NCBI GenBank assembly: GCA_029337695.3
Contig: GCA_029337695.3_4851.1
DNA from: a phage
DNA: 46,785 nucleotides
Direction: 5' to 3' (one strand)
Below the pieces are notes generated by a model that was not told the origin of the DNA, did not search any database, and saw only the letters and a program-made list of their open reading frames with translations. This document shows, one piece after another, positions 1 to 13,146 of the stretch; the stretch's first letter is position 1, and each line of letters opens with the position of its first letter. The translations under genes and the position numbers were made by a program.

Positions 1-7
1 AAAAAAA

Positions 8-400
8 ATGGCAGCACCAACACCTGAAGAATTAGTAAGCCAGATGGCATCCCGTGGAATGACTATCACCACAACGGATGCGTCCGGTATTTTGTGCCTC
101 GTGGCATCAATCAGTGAATGCCTTGAGCTGAACTATCCAAATGATGAATGCCGACAAAATGCGATCATGCTGTGGGCTTCCATCCTGATTAGCGCAAATA
201 CTGCTGGTCGCTACGTTACCAGCCAGAGCGCACCTTCTGGCGCATCACAATCATTCGCGTATGGCAGTAAGCCGTGGGTGGCGCTGTACAATCAGATGAA
301 GCTACTGGATACAGCCGGATGCACTGGCGATTTGGTGGAAGACCCTGACGGAAGCGGTAAACCGTGGTTTGCGGTTGTGCGTGGGAGTAAGTGCAAATGA
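8..400 (+). CDS. putative head-tail connector/adaptor protein
   Basis: 130-aa ORF first in a run of co-oriented small structural genes upstream of the tail module; ATG at 8 follows a poly-A tract. Function is by position only. Confidence 0.4.
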   Translation: MAAPTPEELVSQMASRGMTITTTDASGILCLVASISECLELNYPNDECRQNAIMLWASILISANTAGRYVTSQSAPSGASQSFAYGSKPWVALYNQMKLLDTAGCTGDLVEDPDGSGKPWFAVVRGSKCK

Positions 401-738
401 CTTCGCTGGCTAACTGGAGCTACACGCAACCATGCACCATCTGGCATAAGAGCGGCACTGACAAGTACGGCAAGCCGACTTTTGACGCACCAGTAAGCAT
501 CATGTGCGATTATGGTTTTAATGATGATGTATCGACTGACGCGAAAGGCAATGAGATTGTGCAGAAGAATACTTTCTGGACAGAATACACTGGCGCGAAG
601 GTTGGTGATTACATCATGATTGGCACGGTGACAGAAGTTGACCCGCTGGCGGCTGGTGCAAATCAGATTCTGAATGTGATTAATTATGGCAACACCCTGA
701 ATAGGGCAGAGCCACCAGACTTTGCACTGGTGACATAA
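391..738 (+). CDS. putative head-tail joining/head closure protein
   Basis: 115-aa ORF overlapping the previous stop (coupled), in the position of a lambda W/FII-like gene. Confidence 0.4.
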   Translation: MQMTSLANWSYTQPCTIWHKSGTDKYGKPTFDAPVSIMCDYGFNDDVSTDAKGNEIVQKNTFWTEYTGAKVGDYIMIGTVTEVDPLAAGANQILNVINYGNTLNRAEPPDFALVT

Positions 739-1136
739 TGCCAGCAAAATTAAGAGGTGTCAGGCAGGCCGTAGAGAGAACTTCGCAAATTGTGGATGAA
801 ATAATCGCCACGAAAGCTGTGCGTGCTCTGAAGTCAGCGACATACATCATCCGCACTGAGTCAGCCACGTTGACGCCGATTGATACATCGACGCTGATTA
901 ACAGTCAGTTTGATACTGTGGAAGTTAGCGGAACTCGAATCACTGGCAAGGTTGGCTATTCTGCAAAATATGCGCTGTACGTCCACAATGCCAGCGGTAA
1001 ACTTTCAGGTAAGCCGCGCAGCAATGGTAACGGCACGTATTGGTCGCCGAATGCTGAACCTAGATTCTTAACAAAGGCTGCCGATAAAACTCGCAGCCTC
1101 GTTGATTCAGTGATAAAAAAAGAAATGAATATTTAG
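738..1136 (+). CDS. putative neck/tail component (HK97 gp10-like)
   Basis: 132-aa ORF whose start overlaps the upstream stop; synteny with head-tail joining genes. Confidence 0.4.
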   Translation: MPAKLRGVRQAVERTSQIVDEIIATKAVRALKSATYIIRTESATLTPIDTSTLINSQFDTVEVSGTRITGKVGYSAKYALYVHNASGKLSGKPRSNGNGTYWSPNAEPRFLTKAADKTRSLVDSVIKKEMNI

Positions 1137-1624
1137 CCGTGGTTTGCGAACTCCAAAAACAGTTCATCTACTTTTTTGCAATAGGCTTTATGGGCGGCTT
1201 CTTTGTCTGAAAACCTACCAAGATGATAGCTTTTCCCATGCATCTTTACCGTGGCTCTCCATTTTCCCGTGTACTTGCAAAAATGAACTCCTTTATATCC
1301 AGGCGTGTTTGATTTAGATATCTTTGTGTTCCTTGCGTTCTCGCAGTCACTGGCCTCCCTCAGATTTGAAATTCTATTGTCATCACGAATATTGTTTATG
1401 TGATCAATTTCATGCTCAGGGACATATCCATAATGGATAAACCAAGCCACTCGGTGCGCCCTTAATCTTTTCTTCCCAAGCGTTATGTATCCTGCGTCGT
1501 TGTGATAATTTGCAATATCACCTTTTGATATTTTCCCGCAACTTACAGCCCAGGTGAACAATCCGGTAATATGGTCGTATTTAACTCTTGACGCGATTGC
1601 TATGTAATCCCGCTCTGAAATCAT
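1133..1624 (-). CDS. HNH homing endonuclease with AP2 DNA-binding domain
   Basis: HNH motif HEIDHINNIRDDNRISNL plus C-terminal AP2-like YKGVHFCKYTGKWRATVKMHGKSYHLGRFSDKEAAHKAY; opposite strand to the flanking structural genes. Confidence 0.8.
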   Translation of the reverse strand: MISERDYIAIASRVKYDHITGLFTWAVSCGKISKGDIANYHNDAGYITLGKKRLRAHRVAWFIHYGYVPEHEIDHINNIRDDNRISNLREASDCENARNTKISKSNTPGYKGVHFCKYTGKWRATVKMHGKSYHLGRFSDKEAAHKAYCKKVDELFLEFANHG

Positions 1625-1643
1625 TTACTCACTCCAAAAGGGA

Positions 1644-1698
1644 AACGCCCCTGTCAGGTGGAACATGGTTGCAACAAAACCATACTGACAAGGGCGTT
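1644..1698 (-). other. 14-bp stem / 27-nt loop hairpin in the HNH 5' leader
   Basis: AACGCCCCTGTCAG (1644-1657) pairs with CTGACAAGGGCGTT (1685-1698); perfect with one G-U on the minus-strand transcript, 20 nt upstream of the HNH start. Confidence 0.5.
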
Positions 1699-1753
1699 AA
1701 ATTCATTGTTGCCTGTGTGTCGTTTCGGGTTCCACGCCTACGTGACATAGGTA

Positions 1754-2170
1754 GTGTATGATATGTGCATCGATATTGCAATATTGGGGTTTAATATGAA
1801 CATGCTTGAGCTTGTTGATGCATATCTTCAGGATGCCGGATTGTATGATGGCTGGACTTCACAGTTGCAGTTCTGGAATGACACCGGAGACGGCAATGAG
1901 CAATTTATTGTTCTGCAATCCAATGGTGGCACGCAGGTGATGAATGGCCTCGGCGGTGACTTTTATTTCTCGCTGTATGTTGTCGGCAAACATGGACAGT
2001 ATAACGTGTCGGATGTTGATGCTAAAGCCAATGAGATTATCGAATACATCAAGACGCACCCGATTGATTCATGCGTTAACTACATCCAGTTGCAAGCGCC
2101 ACTCGGTAGACCAATGCTGACGGAAGAGAAAAGACCAGTACATGAGTTGCTTTTGCGGGTTGTGAAATAA
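1754..2170 (+). CDS. putative tail completion/terminator protein
   Basis: 138-aa ORF (alternative starts at about 1795 or 1801) between the neck genes and the major tail protein; followed by a terminator. Confidence 0.4.
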   Translation: MYDMCIDIAILGFNMNMLELVDAYLQDAGLYDGWTSQLQFWNDTGDGNEQFIVLQSNGGTQVMNGLGGDFYFSLYVVGKHGQYNVSDVDAKANEIIEYIKTHPIDSCVNYIQLQAPLGRPMLTEEKRPVHELLLRVVK

Positions 2171-2173
2171 ATA

Positions 2174-2194
2174 AAGCCGCATGAAGCGGCTTTT
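2174..2194. terminator. bidirectional rho-independent terminator
   Basis: AAGCCGC-atgaa-GCGGCTT stem with T-run on the plus strand and T-rich tract on the minus strand; sits between the + tail gene and the 3' end of the minus tRNA. Confidence 0.7.
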
Positions 2195-2198
2195 AATA

Positions 2199-2275
2199 TG
2201 GTGGACACGGAGGGATTTGAACCTTCAATCAGCCGATTATGAGTCGGTTGCTTTAACCAATTAAGCTACGCGTCC
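2199..2275 (-). tRNA. tRNA with CAU anticodon (Met or Ile2), CCA encoded
   Basis: Hand-folded 77 nt: acceptor GGACGCG/CGTGTCC (one G-U), D-stem GCTT/AAGC, anticodon loop CTCATAA, T-loop TTCAAAT, discriminator A, CCA. One mismatch each in the anticodon and T stems. Confidence 0.7.
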
Positions 2276-2382
2276 ATAAGTGCTGGTTTAAGCATTGCCA
2301 GCGTGCTTTCTTAACATCCAGCCCCGTAACCCATACATACCCCTACATATGATTGCGATAATGCTGGATGTTAAGTGTTGTG

Positions 2383-2476
2383 GCGACAGGAATCGAACCT
2401 GCTTCCATCGGTGCGCTGCCGATTACAGTACGCGCGGCGGTCAGCTACATGACTAGTATTTTCACTGTCGCCTATC
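2383..2476 (-). ncRNA. tRNA-like element (GGTTCGATTCC T-arm-like motif), non-canonical
   Basis: Minus strand reads GGCGACA...GCAGGTTCGATTCCTGTCGCCA with complementary ends, but I could not fold a canonical cloverleaf; possibly a degenerate or type II tRNA or a processing structure. Confidence 0.3.
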
Positions 2477-2756
2477 TGCTAGCTCGCCATTGAGCTTCAC
2501 CACAACGGAAAGAGCACTGAAACACACGTCTGTGTCGCCTGCGCAATGGGTTCGAGTTCCACTGATATGCGCCAATGCTCTTACCTGTTGTGTGCCGGTT
2601 ACGCGTCCGGCGTCTCTCGACCGCTAATTATTTTTGACTTCTTCAAATTGAGATTTCATTCATTTTGGTCACCTTCCTTTCAGAAAGTTGAAAACTCACG
2701 CATAAATCAATTCATATCTTAAGTAGACTTTAATCTACACCACAAAAATAGTAACT

Positions 2757-2776
2757 GTCAACACCTGTGATATAAT
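2757..2776 (+). promoter_or_regulatory. putative promoter with extended -10 (TGATATAAT) for the major tail operon
   Basis: TGTCAACACC...TGATATAAT about 40 bp upstream of the 2813 start; the same block recurs at 4150-4175; preceded by the AATCTACACCAC motif at 2732-2743. Confidence 0.5.
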
Positions 2777-2812
2777 CACCACGTTAGCAGCTAACACAAT
2801 TCGGAGATCGAA

Positions 2813-3529
2813 ATGGCTATTTGTGCAAATGATAAAGGCGTTCTGGTTGGTCGAATGACCAGACTGTTCCTTGCTGAAGGGTGCGGTGACGCAGTTCCGG
2901 ATGCAGAAGATTGGAAGTATTTAGGCTCAACCACCAGTAAAGGTGTTGACTACTCGCCACAGACCACTACGTCGGAAGCGGATACCGCTGGCGGTTTTGT
3001 TTCCACTCTCGTTACCAGTTCTGACATGACCATCAGTGCAGAGGTAGAAATCCGCAAGAACGACCCAAGCGATGAGTTTGGCTTCCACCGACTGGTTGAG
3101 ATTTACGCCACTGAACTGAAAGCTCGTCGCCAGCCTTCCTTGTGGGTGCGTCAGGTGACTGGTGCAACTATCGTTACCGCGTACTGCAACATTACCAGCA
3201 TCAGTTACGAAGGTGGCACCAACGACATCGTAACAGGCAGCCTTGAATTCAAGGTTTACGATTCTGACAGTGTCACCGTTGAAAGCCTTGAACCTCTGAA
3301 GTTCACTACAGACTTGCCATCAACTGACACGGCTGGCAGCCCGTTAACCGTTGCTGTTGAGGGTGGCGTCTCTCCTTACACCTACGTGTGGCGCAAAGAT
3401 GGCGTGGTTGTTGGTAGTGAATCTGGCGCAACGCTGACAAGTCCTACTGCTGGTGTATATACCGTTACGGTCACGGATTCGTCCACTGACCCGGAAATTA
3501 TTATCAGCACGGCGTGCACCGTATCCTGA
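2813..3529 (+). CDS. major tail protein with C-terminal Ig-like domain
   Basis: 238-aa ORF upstream of chaperone and tape measure; Thr/Ser/Val-rich C-terminus typical of Ig-like decoration domains; own promoter and terminator. Confidence 0.7.
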   Translation: MAICANDKGVLVGRMTRLFLAEGCGDAVPDAEDWKYLGSTTSKGVDYSPQTTTSEADTAGGFVSTLVTSSDMTISAEVEIRKNDPSDEFGFHRLVEIYATELKARRQPSLWVRQVTGATIVTAYCNITSISYEGGTNDIVTGSLEFKVYDSDSVTVESLEPLKFTTDLPSTDTAGSPLTVAVEGGVSPYTYVWRKDGVVVGSESGATLTSPTAGVYTVTVTDSSTDPEIIISTACTVS

Positions 3530-3535
3530 TAAAGA

Positions 3536-3563
3536 AAAAGCCCCGAAAGGGGCTTTGTTTTAT
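3536..3563. terminator. bidirectional rho-independent terminator
   Basis: AGCCCC-gaaa-GGGGCT hairpin flanked by A-run and T-run, between convergent genes. Confidence 0.75.
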
Positions 3564-3760
3564 TCTTGCGGTGGTTCTGGTGATTTAGCCCAATGGGTGG
3601 CTGGAATTCCGTGACAGCGGTCTAATTCACTAACAAATATCTTGCTGCCAATGTTGTCGACAACTTTACATACCGCAGTTCTAACGGCACCGCGAAATGA
3701 TGTAAGAACCATCTCTCCATCTTCAGGCATCTTCTCACTACACTTAATCCACTGGCTCAT
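3560..3760 (-). CDS. DUF551 domain protein
   Basis: MSQWIKCSEKMPEDGE...ATHWAKSPEPP matches the DUF551 pattern (WI...LPE...THW.PLPEPP). Confidence 0.65.
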   Translation of the reverse strand: MSQWIKCSEKMPEDGEMVLTSFRGAVRTAVCKVVDNIGSKIFVSELDRCHGIPATHWAKSPEPPQE

Positions 3761-3900
3761 ATCACCTTATCCTCATCAAAAATCACACCAATCACACGAA
3801 GCAAGTCTTTCGCCATGCGCTCAGCTTCTTCATATTCATAACCTGCATCGACATACAAGTCAGTGTAGGAAATCAGGTCTGCTTTTGTTTGCTCGTTCAT
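3757..3900 (-). CDS. small hypothetical protein (47 aa)
   Basis: MNEQTKADLISYTDLYVDAGYEYEEAERMAKDLLRVIGVIFDEDKVI; ATGA overlaps with both neighbours indicate translational coupling. Confidence 0.4.
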   Translation of the reverse strand: MNEQTKADLISYTDLYVDAGYEYEEAERMAKDLLRVIGVIFDEDKVI

Positions 3901-4091
3901 TTCTTGTCGCCACTTTTAACCAATGCCCAAACAAGTGCTGCAACCCACCCAATAAAGCTCCATCCGACAAGAATATTCAATACACAGATTGCGGTCGTAT
4001 TTGTGTGCTTTCTTTGCAATGCCACAAATGACGGGAGAAGATAAACAAATACAACCAATCCAGCAAAAAGCAACAAAATAACAACATCCAT
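3897..4091 (-). CDS. superinfection immunity (Imm-like) small membrane protein
   Basis: 64 aa with two hydrophobic segments; LLPSFVALQRKHTNTTAICVLNILVGWSFIGWVAALVWAL resembles the Imm superinfection-immunity family signature. Confidence 0.6.
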   Translation of the reverse strand: MDVVILLLFAGLVVFVYLLPSFVALQRKHTNTTAICVLNILVGWSFIGWVAALVWALVKSGDKK

Positions 4092-4149
4092 AATTCACCT
4101 CAGTCATATCTCGTTTAGATGACTTGAATCTACATCACCACCTCGCAGG

Positions 4150-4175
4150 TGTCAACACCACTGAGATGATATAAT
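4150..4175 (+). promoter_or_regulatory. putative promoter with extended -10 (TGATATAAT)
   Basis: TGTCAACACC...TGATATAAT block identical to 2757-2776, preceded by AATCTACATCACC at 4128-4140. Confidence 0.5.
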
Positions 4176-4195
4176 CAACATCAGTCAAATTCAGG

Positions 4196-4912
4196 ATGCA
4201 AAACATGAGCAATCGCACGCCACTAACAGAAATCGGGGAGATGCGCATCTCACTGGCTGATAAGAGTTTTTTCTTTAAGCCATCATTCCGTGCCATGAAT
4301 GAAATCGGCACACCAAAAGAAATTGTCGAGGTGTACGCCAGACTCAATGGCATTGATTATGTTGCGCCATTGCAGCACGTCGAATACCTGCCATTTGGCG
4401 CGCAGATGCAGGTCATGAAGACCATCAGTAAACCTGTGTATGGTCGCCATGTGCTGAGCGCGGCCTATATTGTCATGCAGTCATGCTGTGAAGATGATAT
4501 TTCTGTGCTGATTGGTGGGTGGAAGCCAACACCGCGCGGCGTGCGATACGTACCGGGCATCATGCCAGTGAGCGACATTATTATTATTGCGCGCAATCTG
4601 ATGCAGCACGGCATCATCGGCAAGTCACCACTCAAAGTGCCTGAGCGCCTGGAAGAGCAAGGCAAGAAAACCACAAACGAGTTTCATGCGTCGCAATACA
4701 TCATCTCAGCACGCACGCATTTCGACATGACGCGAGATGAGGCCGAAAACCTGTCCATGACAGAGTTTCAGATGATGATTAAGAATAAATATCCAGAGCC
4801 GAAAGGGTTAACGAAAGAAGAGCGCGCGGCAGAGTACGATCAGGCTAAAGCAGACCGTGAGCGCATGAAGGCACTGGCTGAACGCAAAGCGAAAAAAGCG
4901 AGGAATACATAA
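4196..4912 (+). CDS. putative tail assembly chaperone
   Basis: 238-aa ORF between major tail protein and tape measure; basic C-terminus; no separate frameshift ORF apparent. Confidence 0.45.
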   Translation: MQNMSNRTPLTEIGEMRISLADKSFFFKPSFRAMNEIGTPKEIVEVYARLNGIDYVAPLQHVEYLPFGAQMQVMKTISKPVYGRHVLSAAYIVMQSCCEDDISVLIGGWKPTPRGVRYVPGIMPVSDIIIIARNLMQHGIIGKSPLKVPERLEEQGKKTTNEFHASQYIISARTHFDMTRDEAENLSMTEFQMMIKNKYPEPKGLTKEERAAEYDQAKADRERMKALAERKAKKARNT

Positions 4913-7289
4913 TGGCTGAAGAAGTCGGCGGAATTGTCTATGAAGTCGGGATGGATGTTAAAGGCCTGAAAGCTGGCGCGACAACAGCCAATAAGACTTT
5001 AGATGACCTTGAATCATCAACCAACAAAACCACAAGCGCCCTTGGCAAGCTGGATAAAAACGCCAGAAATGCTGGCAGCGGAATGAAAAATGCTGGCGGC
5101 GCAGCTTCAGGGCTAAAAACCAGCCTGTCGATGCTGGCTGGCGCAATATCCGTGTCACTGATTATCGAATGGGGAAAGCGATTCCTTGAGGTTGCAGATA
5201 ACATGACGCAGCTTCAGGCAAGGATTGCTCGCCTGTCAACTGACGCAAAAACCGCGAACGAAACATTCAGCTCACTGGCAAATATCGCCTCAACCACTGG
5301 CGCAAGTCTCAGCGACACCACGAAGCTGTGGGAAACATTGACGTCATCACTGAAAGAGGCTGGCGCGACAAATGCGCAGATTCTTAACCTTACAGATACC
5401 CTGCAAAAAATAGGTCGAATTGGCGGGTCATCAACCGAAGAAATGGCGAATGCATTACGTCAGTTCGGTCAGTCAATAGCATCTGGCACAATCCGCGCAG
5501 AAGAGTTCAACTCCATCCTTGAGCAGATGCCTGAACTTGCACGCCAGATAGCCGCTGGGCTTGGCATTTCAATGGGTGAACTTCGGGCCAGAATGCTTGA
5601 CGGAAAATTGACGGCAGAAGATGCACTAAATGCCATTCAGGACAGGACAAGCGTCGTTAATGCTGAGTTCGCAAAGCTACCGCGCTCTATATCTCAGGCG
5701 ACTGGCAGTCTTGAAACATCATTTGCAAAAATGATAGCAAGCATAAACGAAGCAACTGGAGCCAGTTCTACCTTTGTTTCAGTTATTGACTCTATTACCT
5801 CAGCAATCAACAGGCTAACTGGTCAGACCATAGGTGCGGCAGAGGTTATTTCTGATTTGACGTCAACTGCCGAAATGTTCAGTCGCAGAGCGAGAACTTG
5901 GTCATGGGTCGGCATTGACGGATGGGCGGCACAAAATCAGGCAATAGCGGCGGTAGCAAATCAGGCTGCAACTTTGGTATCAGACATGGATGCTGTCACC
6001 AAATCGACAGGGGAGGCAGCAAAGGCGCAAGCGCACTTGACAGTGCCAAAAGCAGCAGAGAAAGAGAAAAAGAAAAAAGCAACAGGCAAAAGCGCCGAAG
6101 AACGACAGGCTGAGTCAGTTGCTGAAAAGCTGGAGAAATTACGCCAGCAAACCATGCTCAATGCCACATCTACCAGCGAACTATCCCGCGAGCAAGCAAT
6201 TCTCAACGCGCAGCAATCGCTTGGCAAAGCTGCCACTCAGGAGCAAATAAAACTTGCTGGCGAGTACGCTGCGAAGATTTGGGACCAGAAGAATGCACTG
6301 AAGGAGCAGGCAGAAGCGGAGAAGGAAAAGCAGCGCATAGAAAAATCATATCAGGGGTTGCGCGCTATTGCGTCACCAACGACTGGCATTGACAGTGAAT
6401 ACCAGCAACGCATGGCTGACCTTGATGCCTACGCCGCAGCATATCCGCAGAAAATTACGGAGATTGAGCAGACTCGCGCAGCAATTGAAGCACAATACCG
6501 CCAGCAGCGAATGGACGCCATGTGGGCTGAGTGGCAGCAACAAAGCCTAGGTGCGCAACTGTTCGGTACCGCTCTTGATTCAGCAATGAGTACGGCATCA
6601 AACAGCATCACCGGATTGCTGACAGGCACAATGAGCGTTCAGGATGCCATGCGCAGTCTCGGCTCTACGGTGCTGAACTCTCTGGTAAACAGTTTCGTCG
6701 AGATGGGCGTGCAGTGGGTAAAATCTGCCGTTATGGGACAGACTGCACAGGTTGCGGCTACGGCAACCACAACGGCTGCGCAAACGGCAGGGCTGGCAAC
6801 AACAACAGCAGCATCGACGGCGGCAGCAGCCACCACCACGGCGGCATGGACTCCAGCGGCAATCGTGGCATCAATCGGTTCATTCGGTGGTGCGGCCGCA
6901 ATTGGTGTAGGCGCTGTTCTCGGGGCGCTGGCAATGGGTGTCGCTGGAAAGCGAAAAAATGGCGGCTCAGTTAGTGCCGGAAGTATGTACGAAGTTGGCG
7001 AGGGAAACGCACCAGAAATATTCCAGGCCAGCACAGGCAGGCAATATATGATACCTGGCAATTCAGGTAAGGTTATCAGCAACAAAGACATTACCGGAAG
7101 TGGCAGTGGCTTGATTATAAATAATAATGTTTATAATAGTTCAAGCGGAGCAACAGCAACTACCAGCGCCAGAGATAATGGTGACGGCAGCGTGACAATT
7201 GAGACGATTGTGAGTGATATTTCGGAAAATGGCCCAATAGGGCAAGCCATTTCAAGAAACTACAATACCAACAGGAGAGCAACCGAATA

Positions 7290-7290
<1 letters not shown>
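4912..7290 (+). CDS. tail tape measure protein
   Basis: 792 aa, long helical/coiled-coil N-terminal region, Ala/Thr-rich low-complexity tract and hydrophobic Gly/Ala-rich segment; canonical position. Confidence 0.85.
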
Positions 7291-11091
<3,801 letters not shown>

Positions 11092-11130
11092 TACAATATA
11101 CATCAAATTCACAAAGGAGCATTCATTATA

Positions 11131-12966
11131 ATGGCTACCATACCAACCAATAAACCAATTCCGTCAGAAGACCCGCGCGACCTGAAATTTAACGCCGGTA
11201 AAATTGACGAAGTTGTCAACTCTGATGCACACTACTACACCGACCGCTTCGGGGTGCGCAGATGGACGATTGCAGGATTTCAGTATACGGCAGAAGAAGC
11301 TATCCGTAATTATGGCTACATCACAATGGACAGTTTTGAAGATGGAGCGACACTGACGCTTCCCAATCAGACACTGCGTTATGAAGCAAATGGAGAATAT
11401 TATCGCTGGGATGGTGTGTTCCCGAAGGTTGTTCCAGCCGATTCCACTCCAGGAACAACTGGAGGAATTGGAAGTGGTGCGTGGGTAAGTGTGGGTGATG
11501 CGGCATTAAGAACACAGCTAAATACATTGGGATTAAATTCCTCTCTCGGCTCGAATGGAAATGCTATCTGGGGAAAGGGAGCGTTCGTTAGTAACAGTTA
11601 TGCAAAAAATAATGCCTTTTTCGGTGTTGATGCTGGTTCCTCAATAACCGGAAGCTCATCTGACGAAGCCATCGGAGCCGAGAATACGGGGTTGGGCCGC
11701 CGCGCTGGCGTTAACCTAACGTCTGGGCAGCGCAATGTACTGGTTGGTCATGAAGCGGGCGCATTGCTAACCACAGGTAGCTATAACGTTTATATTTATG
11801 CGCAAAGCTCTTCTTATGCCAATTATAAGACCGGTAGCTATAACGTAGTAATTGGATATAACGCAGGAAAGCTCCTTACATCTGGCGATCGCAACGTATC
11901 AGTGGGTACGGACGCAGGTTCGGCTACGACGACTGGTCGTGACAACGTCGCCGTAGGGCATGCTGCAATGCAAAACAACTCATCGGGTGGCGGAAATACT
12001 TATCTTGGCGCATTCGCAGGAACTGAAACTGGCTCTGGCGGAAACAACCTTGCGGCAGGTCGATCTGCTTTATTCCGTAATACTGACGGCGCTGGCAACG
12101 TTGCGTTAGGACGAGAGGCTGCATTAGGTGTATCGGGTACAGGTGCCTCTCCAAATAATATTGTTGCCATTGGTTATCAGGCTGGCTGGTCGCAGAACGG
12201 GTTAAATGGTGTTGTATTTTGCGGCATGCAGTCTGGCTATAAAGCAACAGTAATGAACGATACCGTGCTGCTCGGCAGGGCGTCAGGCTTTAATCTTACA
12301 ACTGGCAGTAATAACGTGTTTGTAGGCGCAGCAACGGGCGACAGCGAAACGACAGGCAGTCAGCTTGTTTATCTCGGCCACCAGTCGGGGCGATTCCTTA
12401 TAGACGGAACACCCGCCACGGGGAAATTAAACTGTGTATCCATTGGATATCAATCCCGTGTTGGTGGTAACCATGAAGTACAACTGGGCAACTCATCACA
12501 AACAGTTTACGTATATGGAACCGTACAGACTCGCTCTGATGAGCGAGACAAGGCAGACAAGCGAGAAATTGACGCTAATCTCGCTGTTTCTTTTGTTCGC
12601 GGAATTACGCCATATTTATATAAATGGGATTATCGTGACGATTATATTGAAGAATATGATGTAAAAGTCGGAGACGATGAAAATGGCAATCCTGTTTATG
12701 AAACCAGAGTTCGACATCTCGATAAGGATGGAAGCAAAAAAAGAACGCGTGACCACGCAGGATTCCTGGCTCAGCAGGTAAAAGAATTACTGGACCGACT
12801 TGGAATTGACTGCGGTATATATCAGGACCATTTAGTTAACGATGGTTGTGATGTGAAGACCCTTGCCTATGAGCAGGCGATACCTTTCATCACAAAAGCT
12901 ATGGACGTTGCTTTTTCTCGCCTCGACAACATTGAAGAACGACTTGGGAAACTTGAGAATCAATAA
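11131..12966 (+). CDS. tail fibre with C-terminal S74 intramolecular chaperone (autoproteolytic) domain
   Basis: 611 aa; central Gly/Ala-rich beta-helix-like repeats; C-terminal TRSDERDKADKREID has the Ser...Lys dyad spacing of peptidase S74 chaperone domains. Confidence 0.8.
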   Translation: MATIPTNKPIPSEDPRDLKFNAGKIDEVVNSDAHYYTDRFGVRRWTIAGFQYTAEEAIRNYGYITMDSFEDGATLTLPNQTLRYEANGEYYRWDGVFPKVVPADSTPGTTGGIGSGAWVSVGDAALRTQLNTLGLNSSLGSNGNAIWGKGAFVSNSYAKNNAFFGVDAGSSITGSSSDEAIGAENTGLGRRAGVNLTSGQRNVLVGHEAGALLTTGSYNVYIYAQSSSYANYKTGSYNVVIGYNAGKLLTSGDRNVSVGTDAGSATTTGRDNVAVGHAAMQNNSSGGGNTYLGAFAGTETGSGGNNLAAGRSALFRNTDGAGNVALGREAALGVSGTGASPNNIVAIGYQAGWSQNGLNGVVFCGMQSGYKATVMNDTVLLGRASGFNLTTGSNNVFVGAATGDSETTGSQLVYLGHQSGRFLIDGTPATGKLNCVSIGYQSRVGGNHEVQLGNSSQTVYVYGTVQTRSDERDKADKREIDANLAVSFVRGITPYLYKWDYRDDYIEEYDVKVGDDENGNPVYETRVRHLDKDGSKKRTRDHAGFLAQQVKELLDRLGIDCGIYQDHLVNDGCDVKTLAYEQAIPFITKAMDVAFSRLDNIEERLGKLENQ

Positions 12967-13058
12967 TCATCCTCAGCATCTTTCAACGCTGACCACATAA
13001 CGACAGAAATAAGTGCAATGGCGGCAAGGATGCCGGCTATCAACAGTGCTGTAAACAT
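12960..13058 (-). CDS. small hydrophobic membrane peptide (32 aa), candidate SOS-regulated toxin-like peptide
   Basis: MFTALLIAGILAAIALISVVMWSALKDAEDDY: single TM helix with acidic tail; AGGAGA Shine-Dalgarno 5 nt upstream; convergent with the tail fibre; near-consensus LexA box about 90 bp upstream. Confidence 0.45.
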   Translation of the reverse strand: MFTALLIAGILAAIALISVVMWSALKDAEDDY

Positions 13059-13146
13059 ACGCTCTCCTGATGCTAACCTTATCAATTAAAGGTAGTGCAT
13101 GGATATGACAGTTGCATTGCACCTTGATCTGCATCGCCTTTAAAAC

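Noticed and set aside
2480-2580. Possible plus-strand tRNA suggested by GGGTTCGAGTTCC and a ...GCGCCA end.
   Set aside because: No complementary 5' acceptor arm or D/anticodon arms could be found by hand; retained only as a note in the tRNA-locus finding.
4196-4912. Programmed -1 frameshift producing an extended chaperone (G/GT-like) upstream of the tape measure.
   Set aside because: The chaperone is a single uninterrupted 238-aa ORF ending right at the tape measure start, and I could not identify an overlapping downstream ORF or convincing slippery heptamer by eye.
6750-6950. GCN/ACN-rich tandem repetitive DNA that might look like a microsatellite or array.
   Set aside because: It is in frame within the tape measure protein and encodes an Ala/Thr-rich tract (AATATTTAAQTAG...); it is coding low complexity, not an independent repeat element.
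4938-7091. Multiple antisense and alternative-frame ORFs inside the tape measure gene (for example 4938-5204, 5961-6236, 6639-7091, 6714-6974).
   Set aside because: They lie wholly within a long, well-supported CDS with Ala/Thr/Gly-rich low-complexity coding and have no RBS or coupling logic; most likely compositional artefacts.
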